Source: an uncultured Desulfobacteraceae bacterium | Lineage (GTDB): Bacteria; Desulfobacterota; Desulfobacteria; Desulfobacterales; UBA5852 | Reading direction: 5' to 3' | NCBI GenBank assembly: GCA_913060875.1 | Contig: CAJXSL010000003.1 | Location: 85,045-149,044, forward strand | Length of the DNA: 64,000 nt | In this document: in pieces, positions 56,564-64,000 of the stretch | Layout: the number at the start of each line of letters is the position of its first letter | Position numbering within the stretch: position 1 is the stretch's first letter | The notes under the pieces: model-generated | Told to the model about the DNA's origin: nothing | The model's database searches: none | What the model saw: only the letters and a program-made list of their open reading frames with translations | Made by a program: the position numbers and the translations under genes

Positions 56564-58651
56564 TCAGGCAGCGGCTTTGCGTACCGTCACGTAGTGGTCC
56601 TGCATGGCCAGAGCGCCACCGGCCCGATCCCACTTTTGCAGTCCGCCGCACATCAGACGCTGTTCGGCCAACCCCTTGCCGAAGGCACGACTTTCCACCG
56701 GCAGGGTATGGCCAAAGCCGTGCAGCAGAAACACGGCTTCCGGGTGAATCATATCCGTCAGCTTGACGGCGATCATGCCGGAGGCACCGTTGGCAGCCAC
56801 TTCCGCCATATCGCCGTCGGCCAGGCCCAATGATTCCGCCGCAGCCCTGTGCATCCAAAGCGTATTTTCCGAAACCTGCTCGAAAAGCAGGGGATTGTTG
56901 ACCGTATGCCCCTGGGTGTGGACCCCGCAGCGGCCAAAGGTGATCCGGAACTGACCTTGGGGCGGATGGTCGCTTTCATAAGGTTTGAGCGACGGCAGCC
57001 CCTGATCTTCCCATGCAGGTGCAATCATTTCGATTTTGCCCGATGCGGTCTTGAACCCGAGATTGTCCGGGGAACGATAACGGGGGCCGCCGGCCAGGGG
57101 AACGAATCCCCGCGCGTCGAAATCCTCCGAGGTCACGCCTGTGTCCTGAAGCTGGTAGTCCCAGATGTCCTCGATGGCGTCGAACGCCAGGGCATCAAGC
57201 CCCATCCGTTTGGACAGGCCGCTGATAATCTCCCAGTCGGCACGGGTATCGTAGCGGGGTTTCACGGCCCGGCGACGCAGGAAGAAATAGGGGGTCAGGC
57301 CGTTTTTGCAGGCAATGATGGATTCCCGCTCCAGATAGGGCGACAGGGGCAGGACCACATCGGAATACCAGGCCGTATCCGACCAGCTGAATGTGACCGA
57401 CAAGAGGAAATCCAGCTTATCCCAAATCTTTTTGAGGGCTTCGGGATCGGGGAACCCCATCAGGGGATCGTGCCGGTAGGCCACATAGGCTTTCACCGGA
57501 TAAGGATCTTCGCTTTGAATGGCATCGAACCCCAGATGCAGCAGTCCCGGCCCTTGGTCGAACTGCGGATGACGCCAACCCACCCCGTCGGCCCGTTTCT
57601 CCTCGGGCGGCGGAAAGAGATTCACCAGGGCTTGCAGTCCTTTGCCTCCCACATCGGCGGGCGTATTGGCCCGGGGCAAACCGCCCTTGGCCCCGATGGA
57701 CCCCAGAAGGGCGTTGATGATGTAAATGGAGCGGGACATGTAAAAGGAATCGCGGTAACGGGCCGTCATCCATCCCGGGTGCCAGAGCACGGCCGGTTTG
57801 GCGGTGGCCAGTTCGCGGACGAAACGGACGAGCTCCGCAGCCGGCACCCCGGTTTCCGTCTGGGCCCATTCCGGCGTATAGGGTTTGACAAAGGCATGCA
57901 GCCTCTCGAGGTCTTTGATCCAGCGATTTGCAAACCCCTTGTCGTAGAGCCCATGGTTCAAAAGAACATGGATCACCGCCAGGTTGAAGGCATAGTCGGT
58001 ACCCGGTCGGAGCATGAAAAACCGATGCGCCTTGGTGGCCGATACCGTGGCCCGAATGTCGATCACGGTCAGGCGGCAGCCCTGATCCAGGGCGTTCATC
58101 AGGTCGTTCACCTCTTTGACGTTGATGGCTTCGAACATGTTGCGGGTCTGGAGCACGACGTGGCGTGCATTTTTCAGGTCATAGACCACGCCTTTGCGCC
58201 CGAACCCGAAAAGCGAAAGGGCCGCATGGTGGACATTGCGGGCGCAGGACGCATCGTGGTTAGACCAGTTGGGAGAGCCCAACCCCCGCACAAAAGCCCG
58301 GTGCAAATCACGGAACGGGCCGCCCCGGTCGGAGAACAGAATGCTGCGCCCGCCATGCGCATCGATGACCTTCTGCAATTTTTCAGCGGTATGATCCAGG
58401 GCCTCATCCCAGCTCACCGCCTGCCACTTGCCCTCCCCCCGGGCCCCTTTGCGGATCATGGGTCCCTGGGGGCGCTCGGGATCTTCAATCAGGGCCTTGC
58501 CCGCCGCTCCCCGGCCGCACAGTGAACCGGCAATGCCCTTGATATGGGGATTGCCCTGAATGAAACGGATCCGGTCGTTTTCCGTAGCCACCTGGATCGG
58601 GCAGCGTACGGTGCACATGCCGCACACGCTATAGACGTTTTCGATAGCCAT
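56564..58651 (-). CDS. Cytoplasmic molybdopterin (Mo/W-bisPGD) oxidoreductase, unknown substrate
   Basis: 695 aa. The N-terminus has the 4Fe-4S motif CGMCTVRCP...SLCGRG and no Tat signal. The layout is that of the molybdopterin oxidoreductase / dinucleotide-binding domains. Confidence 0.85.
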   Translation of the reverse strand: MAIENVYSVCGMCTVRCPIQVATENDRIRFIQGNPHIKGIAGSLCGRGAAGKALIEDPERPQGPMIRKGARGEGKWQAVSWDEALDHTAEKLQKVIDAHGGRSILFSDRGGPFRDLHRAFVRGLGSPNWSNHDASCARNVHHAALSLFGFGRKGVVYDLKNARHVVLQTRNMFEAINVKEVNDLMNALDQGCRLTVIDIRATVSATKAHRFFMLRPGTDYAFNLAVIHVLLNHGLYDKGFANRWIKDLERLHAFVKPYTPEWAQTETGVPAAELVRFVRELATAKPAVLWHPGWMTARYRDSFYMSRSIYIINALLGSIGAKGGLPRANTPADVGGKGLQALVNLFPPPEEKRADGVGWRHPQFDQGPGLLHLGFDAIQSEDPYPVKAYVAYRHDPLMGFPDPEALKKIWDKLDFLLSVTFSWSDTAWYSDVVLPLSPYLERESIIACKNGLTPYFFLRRRAVKPRYDTRADWEIISGLSKRMGLDALAFDAIEDIWDYQLQDTGVTSEDFDARGFVPLAGGPRYRSPDNLGFKTASGKIEMIAPAWEDQGLPSLKPYESDHPPQGQFRITFGRCGVHTQGHTVNNPLLFEQVSENTLWMHRAAAESLGLADGDMAEVAANGASGMIAVKLTDMIHPEAVFLLHGFGHTLPVESRAFGKGLAEQRLMCGGLQKWDRAGGALAMQDHYVTVRKAAA

Positions 58652-58714
58652 AGGTTCCTCCTCGGGATCGCGCGGGCAGAAGCGCCCACCCGCAACATAG
58701 CCGTCTAACGGCGG

Positions 58715-60346
58715 TTATTTCCCAAAACCACACTTCGGAAAGGTGCAGACTTTGCACCCCAGGCAAAAAGCGCCTTCCGCCAGCCGGGCAAGATCCCGTC
58801 GCGTCACCGCGATACCGGCCAGCAACCGGGGAAGCAGCAGGTCGAAACTGGTGGCTTTGTGATAGAGGGCGCAGGCCGGCACACCGATGATCTGGGTGTC
58901 ACCGATTTGGGCCAGAAAAAGCATGGCCCCGGGAAGTACCGGCGCACCGTAACGCACATTTTCGGCCCCGGCGTCGAGCAGGCCCAGCCGGGTCACATCA
59001 TCCGGGTCCACGGACAGGCCTGCCGTGGTCACCAGCATATCGGCGCCGGCGCACCGGCCCTCGGCCACAGCCCGGGCAATCGCCTTCCGGTCATCGGGAA
59101 CGATCTTCTCCCAAACCACCCGGGATCCCAACTGCTGAACCTTATGACGGATGATCGGCGCGAAACCGTCCAAGATGCGTTTTTCAAACACCTCGGTGCC
59201 CGTGACCAGGATGGCGACACGGGCCCGGCGCAGGGGTTGCACGCGGAAAAGCGGCCCTCCATCCAACACGGCCATAGCCCGTGTCAATTGACGTGCCGGG
59301 AGATAAAGGGGGATCGCCCGCGTGGCCGCCACAGGGCGCCCGGCCTGCACCACGCTATGGTTCTGTCGGGTAGCACACATAACCCCTTCGAGCAGATTGA
59401 AGGCTTCCAGACGGTTCTGGTCGATCATCAACAAACCGTCCCGGCCGGCCGTAAAGGTGATCTTGCCCTCCCGGGGCATCTTATTGTGTACGACACCATC
59501 TCCCGCCATGGCATCGGCAAAGGCAACGGCGGCATCATCTTCGTGAATCCATTCCTTCTCCGACAGACTGTCGGGGGCGACATACAGATAACGGCGCCCC
59601 ATGCGCTGGAGGTGGCAGATATCCCCCCCATCGATGACCTGACCGCGCCGGAAAGCCGGCCCTTTGGAACGTCCCGGTTCGATCCGGGTCAGGTCATGCA
59701 ACAGGGGCAGGCCCACGGCATTGTTCAACGCGACCGCCTCGACCAGGGGCATGGGCAGAAGCGACGAACCGGTGCCGTCGGTTTCCCCATAAGGCGCTTC
59801 CCCCTGGCATCCCCGGCAAATGGCCCCATGGCGCACAGGGTAGCCTTCGCCGCAAACAGGACAGGGGGCCATAGCCCCCCGGTTGGTTTTGCCGCAAAGC
59901 CGCGCGGAGACCCGAACAGCTGCAAAACTGCAGACCGTCGCGCCGGCGGCTTCGATTTCTCCTAGTAAACGCGACTTGTCCTGTTCTATTTTGGGCCGGC
60001 GTTTGTAATACCACTCCCGGATCGTCGGCCAATCCGTCAGCTTGGCGGAATCAACGAAGGCGCGCACGCCCTGGCCGTTTTCTTTATTGTATAAGGTCAC
60101 GGCGTAGCGCCCCAGGTCGATGACCTTGAGCCAGCCGTTGCCCGTCGTGCAGGGGGTCAACAGTTGGACCGCATCCGGCAGGCAGGCCGGTGTTTCACAC
60201 AGAGCGTCATGCAGTCCGTTGGCCGGCAGTTGCCGCTGGAGCGCCGTCACCATGTAGCCCCCCAGGAGAATGCCGGGCGCAACGCTGCCATGAAAGGATT
60301 TGGCCAGGGCGGCAAACTCATCCCATGAATAGGATCCGATGGACAT
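58715..60346 (-). CDS. FmdE-like domain fused to a zinc ribbon and a molybdopterin-binding (MoCF-biosynthesis/MoeA-MogA-like) domain
   Basis: The N-terminus is FmdE-like (FHGSVAPGILLGGYMV), followed by CPVCGEGYPVRHGAICRGC. The C-terminus reads VAILVTGTEV...MLVTTAGLSVDPDDVT...GAPVLPGAM. Confidence 0.7.
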   Translation of the reverse strand: MSIGSYSWDEFAALAKSFHGSVAPGILLGGYMVTALQRQLPANGLHDALCETPACLPDAVQLLTPCTTGNGWLKVIDLGRYAVTLYNKENGQGVRAFVDSAKLTDWPTIREWYYKRRPKIEQDKSRLLGEIEAAGATVCSFAAVRVSARLCGKTNRGAMAPCPVCGEGYPVRHGAICRGCQGEAPYGETDGTGSSLLPMPLVEAVALNNAVGLPLLHDLTRIEPGRSKGPAFRRGQVIDGGDICHLQRMGRRYLYVAPDSLSEKEWIHEDDAAVAFADAMAGDGVVHNKMPREGKITFTAGRDGLLMIDQNRLEAFNLLEGVMCATRQNHSVVQAGRPVAATRAIPLYLPARQLTRAMAVLDGGPLFRVQPLRRARVAILVTGTEVFEKRILDGFAPIIRHKVQQLGSRVVWEKIVPDDRKAIARAVAEGRCAGADMLVTTAGLSVDPDDVTRLGLLDAGAENVRYGAPVLPGAMLFLAQIGDTQIIGVPACALYHKATSFDLLLPRLLAGIAVTRRDLARLAEGAFCLGCKVCTFPKCGFGK

Positions 60347-60379
60347 GCGCTAAGACGTCCTTTTTCGTCACCGGCGCTT

Positions 60380-61126
60380 TCAGGCGGTCAAGGGCCGGAA
60401 CATGGTTTCAGCCATGGCGACCGCCGATGCCTCGGGGAACCCGTGAAAAACCAAAAAAGTACTCTGATACGTCGGGTCGTTGCAGGTGCGCACAACCTCG
60501 CATCCCATTCGATGGGCATGCCCGGCATCAACGCCGCATGAGAGCTCGCCAACGTCTCCGGCCGGAATCCGGTCCCCGGCAACCATGGCAAACCGCATGG
60601 CATCCGCCACCTGGCGCATACGCATGCGAAAGCTTTGCAAATAATCTTCCGACAGGAATCCGGATTTGGCGAGACGGGCCTCCAAGTCCGGCAGCAGCGC
60701 AGGCTCGACCACCTGGGCCAGGACATTGCGTTTGCACCAGTCGATAACCCCGCCAGCGATCGGCTGTTCAATCTCGAGTTGCGCGGATAGGCGGCCATGG
60801 CGCTTTTTGACGATTGGCCGCATGGCTCCTTTCATGTGAACGAGGGTGTGCCGCGGATTGATCATCAGGTCGCCGGCAGCCGTGATCTCACCGCAGGCGG
60901 CATAATTGCCGGCGCAAAAAAGGGCCATTTCAGCCAGGCGGGCCATCAGCAACCAGTAGCAAGGCTGGCCGGGATGGCCTTGGCGGTCAAGCGTATCGCG
61001 TAAATCCACCAGGATGGTTTCGTTGGGGCTGTAGGGAGCATGCCCATCGAGACGTTCGTTGAACTGTCTGTAAAACGGGAGTGTTTGCCGCGATTCAAAC
61101 GCGGAAGGGAAGGAAAGGTCGCTCAT
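60380..61126 (-). CDS. Hypothetical protein, first gene of the Mo cluster
   Basis: 248-aa ORF with RBS aagga. It is co-oriented with the next gene at a 33-nt gap. I recognise no family. Confidence 0.55.
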   Translation of the reverse strand: MSDLSFPSAFESRQTLPFYRQFNERLDGHAPYSPNETILVDLRDTLDRQGHPGQPCYWLLMARLAEMALFCAGNYAACGEITAAGDLMINPRHTLVHMKGAMRPIVKKRHGRLSAQLEIEQPIAGGVIDWCKRNVLAQVVEPALLPDLEARLAKSGFLSEDYLQSFRMRMRQVADAMRFAMVAGDRIPAGDVGELSCGVDAGHAHRMGCEVVRTCNDPTYQSTFLVFHGFPEASAVAMAETMFRPLTA

Positions 61127-61282
61127 CGTGTCCTTGCCGAGGACAAGCTCTCCGAACGGTTATCGATATCAAACCGTATACCAATTCGTGGCTTGTTCCG
61201 AATTGTGGTTGAAGATAAAATTTATGAAATGTCGGTCAGTAAGAGGATCATGAACACGATCGGCTATTTAACCCATCGCCTA

Positions 61283-61301
61283 ATATATGTCAATTATGAT
61301 A
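61283..61301. promoter_or_regulatory. Possible ModE-type operator (ATATAT-N6-TATGATA)
   Basis: It lies in the AT-rich divergent intergenic region between the Mo cluster and the ModE-like gene. It resembles the TATATA-N6-TATATA core reported for ModE sites, but the match is imperfect. Confidence 0.25.
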
Positions 61302-61449
61302 CTGTTAGAATCGGTTTTTTCGGGTCGTGGACGGTCACTTTGTTCCTGTGCCGCGACCGGACTTACCTGTAGGGCCACACAAGCAGGATTGCCTGGTCCG
61401 TCAGGGTCTGGTAGGAATAGAGGGAAAAATCAGAGCAAAGGCGGAAAGC

Positions 61450-61800
61450 ATGACGGAAAAGGAAGGAGATTTCCAGATCCGGTCCAAACTCTGGATCGAA
61501 GATGCCGAAGGCAATGTGGTTTTCGGTCTGGGCCGCTATCGCATCCTCGAAGCGATCGATCGCCTGGGGTCGCTGCATGCGGCGGCCAAAGACCTTCACA
61601 TGAGCTATCGGGCGGTATGGTGCCGGGTCAGGGCCTCGGAAGAGCGCCTCGGGAAACCGCTTGTCACCCGTCAGGGCCGCGGCTCTGCGTTAACGCCCTT
61701 GGCCTTGAGGCTGATGAAACAGTTCCGGCGCATCCAGTCCGTCGTCGAAAAGGAATCCGACGACATCTATGACGATTTGATGTCGAACCACCTCTCCTGA
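61450..61800 (+). CDS. ModE N-terminal-like winged-helix transcriptional regulator
   Basis: LGRYRILEAIDRLGSLHAAAKDLHMSYRAVWCRVRASEERLGKPLV is the typical ModE/LysR-type HTH. I prefer the start at 61450 (MTEKEGD) over the listed 61327. Confidence 0.7.
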   Translation: MTEKEGDFQIRSKLWIEDAEGNVVFGLGRYRILEAIDRLGSLHAAAKDLHMSYRAVWCRVRASEERLGKPLVTRQGRGSALTPLALRLMKQFRRIQSVVEKESDDIYDDLMSNHLS

Positions 61801-61878
61801 TAGGCAAAACTGCGGGCGGCCCAGGACTTTTTCGGATCTGACCGGCGACATCGGGGCTGCCGGGCATCCACTTCGTTC

Positions 61879-61920
61879 TTGACGCGCCAAACAAATCTGA
61901 TATTGTACTCCCTACAATAT
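61879..61920 (+). promoter_or_regulatory. Promoter-like TTGACG-N16-TATTGT overlapped by the perfect palindrome atattgta-ctccc-tacaatat
   Basis: The -35-like hexamer is at 61879..61884. The palindrome at 61900..61920 covers the -10-like hexamer. Confidence 0.35.
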
Positions 61921-61953
61921 TGCGGATTCAAAACTGAGTTATGCCATAGGCCA

Positions 61954-61988
61954 ACGCCACCCAGACTCATCGGGGTGGCGTTTTTATT
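61954..61988 (+). terminator. Intrinsic terminator-like hairpin plus T-run, 17 nt upstream of the pabA start
   Basis: cgccaccc pairs with gggtggcg (10-nt loop) and is followed by tttttattt. Confidence 0.7.
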
Positions 61989-62004
61989 TGGGGAGGAAGG
62001 GTTC

Positions 62005-62631
62005 ATGGCGTCCCGCCTGCTGGTCATCGACAACTATGACTCTTTCACGTACAACCTGGTCCAGATGTTTCTGCAATACGACCTGGACATCATGGTGTTC
62101 CGCAGCGACAAGCTGGTCCTGGATCAGGTGTCCGATTTACGGCCGGACTATCTGTTGGTCAGCCCGGGGCCGAAAGATCCCGCCCATGCCGGCATTTCCA
62201 TACCCATCATCCACCATTGGCATCGCCGCATCCCGACGCTGGGCGTCTGCCTGGGCATGCAGTGCATCAATGAAATCTTCGGGGGTAAAACCGTGCGCGC
62301 CCCGCTGCCCCGGCATGGCAAGGTAAGCCCTGTACATCATGAGGGTCGGACCCTGTTCAGGGGGCTGCCGCGCCCTTTTGCCGCCGCCCGCTACCACTCC
62401 CTGATGGTGGACGTCCGGTCTCCGCTACTGGAAGTGACCGCCCACAGCGAGGACGGGGTCATCATGGGGCTGTCCCACCCGGAATTCCCTTTGCATGGTG
62501 TCCAGTTCCATCCCGAGAGTTTTATGACGGAAGCCGGTTTTGACCTCCTGGAAAATTTTCTGCGTCTGGGGCCGCTCAACCTACCGATTCGCCAGGCAAC
62601 CCGGGCCGCGGCCCAACTGGTGATCCATTGA
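62005..62631 (+). CDS. pabA: Aminodeoxychorismate/anthranilate synthase component II (class I glutamine amidotransferase)
   Basis: MASRLLVIDNYDSFTYNLVQ, the catalytic GVCLGMQ, and HGVQFHPES. The RBS gggaggaagg lies upstream. The pabA versus trpG assignment is inferred from the partner gene. Confidence 0.9.
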   Translation: MASRLLVIDNYDSFTYNLVQMFLQYDLDIMVFRSDKLVLDQVSDLRPDYLLVSPGPKDPAHAGISIPIIHHWHRRIPTLGVCLGMQCINEIFGGKTVRAPLPRHGKVSPVHHEGRTLFRGLPRPFAAARYHSLMVDVRSPLLEVTAHSEDGVIMGLSHPEFPLHGVQFHPESFMTEAGFDLLENFLRLGPLNLPIRQATRAAAQLVIH

Positions 62632-62648
62632 CACGGCAACCGTAAAAC

Positions 62649-64000
62649 ATGACGGCATCCATCAATCCCATACTGAAAGCCGGCGGGTATATCGAACGGA
62701 TCCGCTCCCGGGAAATAACGCCAGCCATCCCCCTGATGGACCTGGCCGCCCGCCTCGCCGATACGGAGGGCACCGTCCTGCTCATGAGCGGCGGCGACCT
62801 GGACAGCGCCCGCTACCATATCCTGGGCTTCGATCCCTGGCTGACCCTGAAAGGATGCGGCCGCAACCTCCGGTTGACCATCGACCAAGAAGAACATGTT
62901 CTCTCCACGCATCCGCTGGATGGCCTGCGGGCGGTAATGCAGCACTTTCAGTGCCGCCCCGGCAGCATCGCCGCCGGTTCCCCCCTGGCGGGCGGTCTCA
63001 TGGGCTATCTCGCCTATGACCTGAAAGATGTGCTGGAAGAACTGCCGCGCACATCGCTGGACCGCTGGCAACTGCCCCACCTGTGCTTTTATGCGCCATC
63101 CATCATCCTGGTCCATGACCGCCAGCAGCAGCGGACCCACCTGCATGAAATGGTGCGCCGCAAAGGGTATCGCAAACTGGAACCCGATGGCCGCGCGCGG
63201 ATGGCCGCTCTGGAGAAAACCCGGCCGCCGGACGAGGGCTTCATGGTGGACCGCGACGGCCTGCAGTCCAATTTCAATCGGCCGGACTATGAGGCCGCCG
63301 TAAACCGCATCCGCGACTATATCGCCGCCGGCGACGTCTATCAGGTGAACCTCTCCCAACGCTTTGAAACGCGTTTCCAGGGCAGCGCCTTCGGGTTTTT
63401 CCGCGCCCTGTACGAAAAAAACCCGGCCCCCTTTTTCGCCTTCCTGAACGCCGGCAACCACCAGCTGGTATCCACATCCCCGGAGCGCTTCCTGAAGCAG
63501 ACGGGTCGGGATGTGGAAACCCGCCCCATCAAGGGCACCCGCCCCCGCCGGAGCGACCCCCGTGAGGATCGGGCCATGCGGGAGGCCCTCGTGACCAGCC
63601 CCAAAGACGATGCCGAGCTTTCCATGATCGTGGACCTGCTGCGCAACGATATCGGCCGCGTCTGCCAGGGCGGCTCGGTCCGGGTGACCGCCCATAAAGC
63701 TGTCGAGGCCTACGATAACGTCTATCACCTGGTCAGCATTGTAGAGGGAACCCTGGCCCGGAACCGGGACGGTATCGATCTCATCCAGGCCGCCTTTCCG
63801 GGAGGGTCCATAACCGGCTGTCCGAAAATCCGATCGATGGAGATCATCGATGAGCTCGAACCCGACCGCCGTCATGTCTACACCGGTTCCATCGGCTACA
63901 TCAGCTTTCACGACACCCTGGATTTTTCCATCGCCATCCGCACAGCGGTGGTGCATCAGGGCCGGATGGCCTTTTCCGTCGGCGGCGGCATTGTCTACGA
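62649..64000 (+). CDS. pabB: Aminodeoxychorismate synthase component I-like (chorismate-binding enzyme), 3' end outside window
   Basis: The frame is open from the ATG at 62649 to the window end. Translated by eye it contains GDVYQVNLSQRF, PIKGTRPR, SPKDDAELSMIVDLLRNDIGRV and FPGGSITGCPK. The listed 62391..63956 minus-strand ORF is its antisense shadow. Confidence 0.9.
   Translation, partial: MTASINPILKAGGYIERIRSREITPAIPLMDLAARLADTEGTVLLMSGGDLDSARYHILGFDPWLTLKGCGRNLRLTIDQEEHVLSTHPLDGLRAVMQHFQCRPGSIAAGSPLAGGLMGYLAYDLKDVLEELPRTSLDRWQLPHLCFYAPSIILVHDRQQQRTHLHEMVRRKGYRKLEPDGRARMAALEKTRPPDEGFMVDRDGLQSNFNRPDYEAAVNRIRDYIAAGDVYQVNLSQRFETRFQGSAFGFFRALYEKNPAPFFAFLNAGNHQLVSTSPERFLKQTGRDVETRPIKGTRPRRSDPREDRAMREALVTSPKDDAELSMIVDLLRNDIGRVCQGGSVRVTAHKAVEAYDNVYHLVSIVEGTLARNRDGIDLIQAAFPGGSITGCPKIRSMEIIDELEPDRRHVYTGSIGYISFHDTLDFSIAIRTAVVHQGRMAFSVGGGIVY

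Noticed and set aside
62391-63956. 521-aa minus-strand ORF
   Set aside because: It is antisense to the chorismate-binding enzyme gene, whose plus-strand translation contains canonical PabB/TrpE motifs. Its own translation has no recognisable motifs.

Overview
All calls below come from reading the sequence and the translations by eye. No searches were run, so family names are recalled resemblances, not verified hits.

This is a high-GC (about 60% by eye) chromosomal segment. Its gene content suggests an anaerobic, sulfate-reducer-like deltaproteobacterium, but that taxonomic guess has low confidence. The relevant genes are a selenocysteine formate dehydrogenase, an FmdE-like protein, CGGC-domain proteins, an ADP-forming acyl-CoA synthetase and a fused MFS/spermidine-synthase.

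I call about 40 protein genes and find no tRNA, rRNA or CRISPR array. No transposase, integrase or phage gene is visible.

Main blocks, in order:
- Asp racemase (5' truncated) and an RND efflux pair.
- A two-gene envelope module of unknown function.
- A zinc-ribbon/PAS/GAF/PilZ protein.
- A Cys/Met PLP enzyme, then an XRE-cupin regulator with an acyl-CoA ligase.
- A radical SAM protein with a Tat-like leader, coupled to the fused MFS/spermidine synthase.
- An ADP-forming acyl-CoA synthetase.
- An AT-rich ~3 kb patch holding a PAS sensor with a Cys/His-rich C-terminus and a TPR protein.
- ptsP, a PQQ sugar dehydrogenase, rlpA, a NifU-like protein, selO and several small regulators and redox proteins.
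- rsgA, two CGGC paralogs, a TauE exporter and a DJ-1 family protein.
- An unknown membrane protein, a QueG-like Fe-S protein and a GNAT acetyltransferase.
- A cold-shock protein gene.
- A divergent pair: a ~1015-aa unknown membrane protein and a DUF3754-like protein.
- A minus-strand Mo/W cluster (hypothetical, FmdE-MoCF fusion, Mo-bisPGD oxidoreductase, Sec-FdhA, two aldehyde dehydrogenases) with a divergent ModE-like regulator.
- pabA and pabB (3' truncated).

Non-coding content is unusually rich. It includes a MITE with target-site duplications (two copies), a second TIR-bounded repeat family, identical GC palindromes bracketing one operon, and twin 24-bp AT palindromes. It also includes an (AGTCAGG)x9 tandem repeat, a 43-bp exact duplication of a gene-internal fragment, and REP-like hairpins.

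I could not identify a hallmark of a known defence or mobile system. The best candidates for undescribed biology are:
- the Tat-leader radical SAM / membrane aminopropyltransferase operon;
- the large-membrane-protein / DUF3754 divergent pair;
- the secreted-protein / beta-barrel pair;
- the AT-rich sensor patch.
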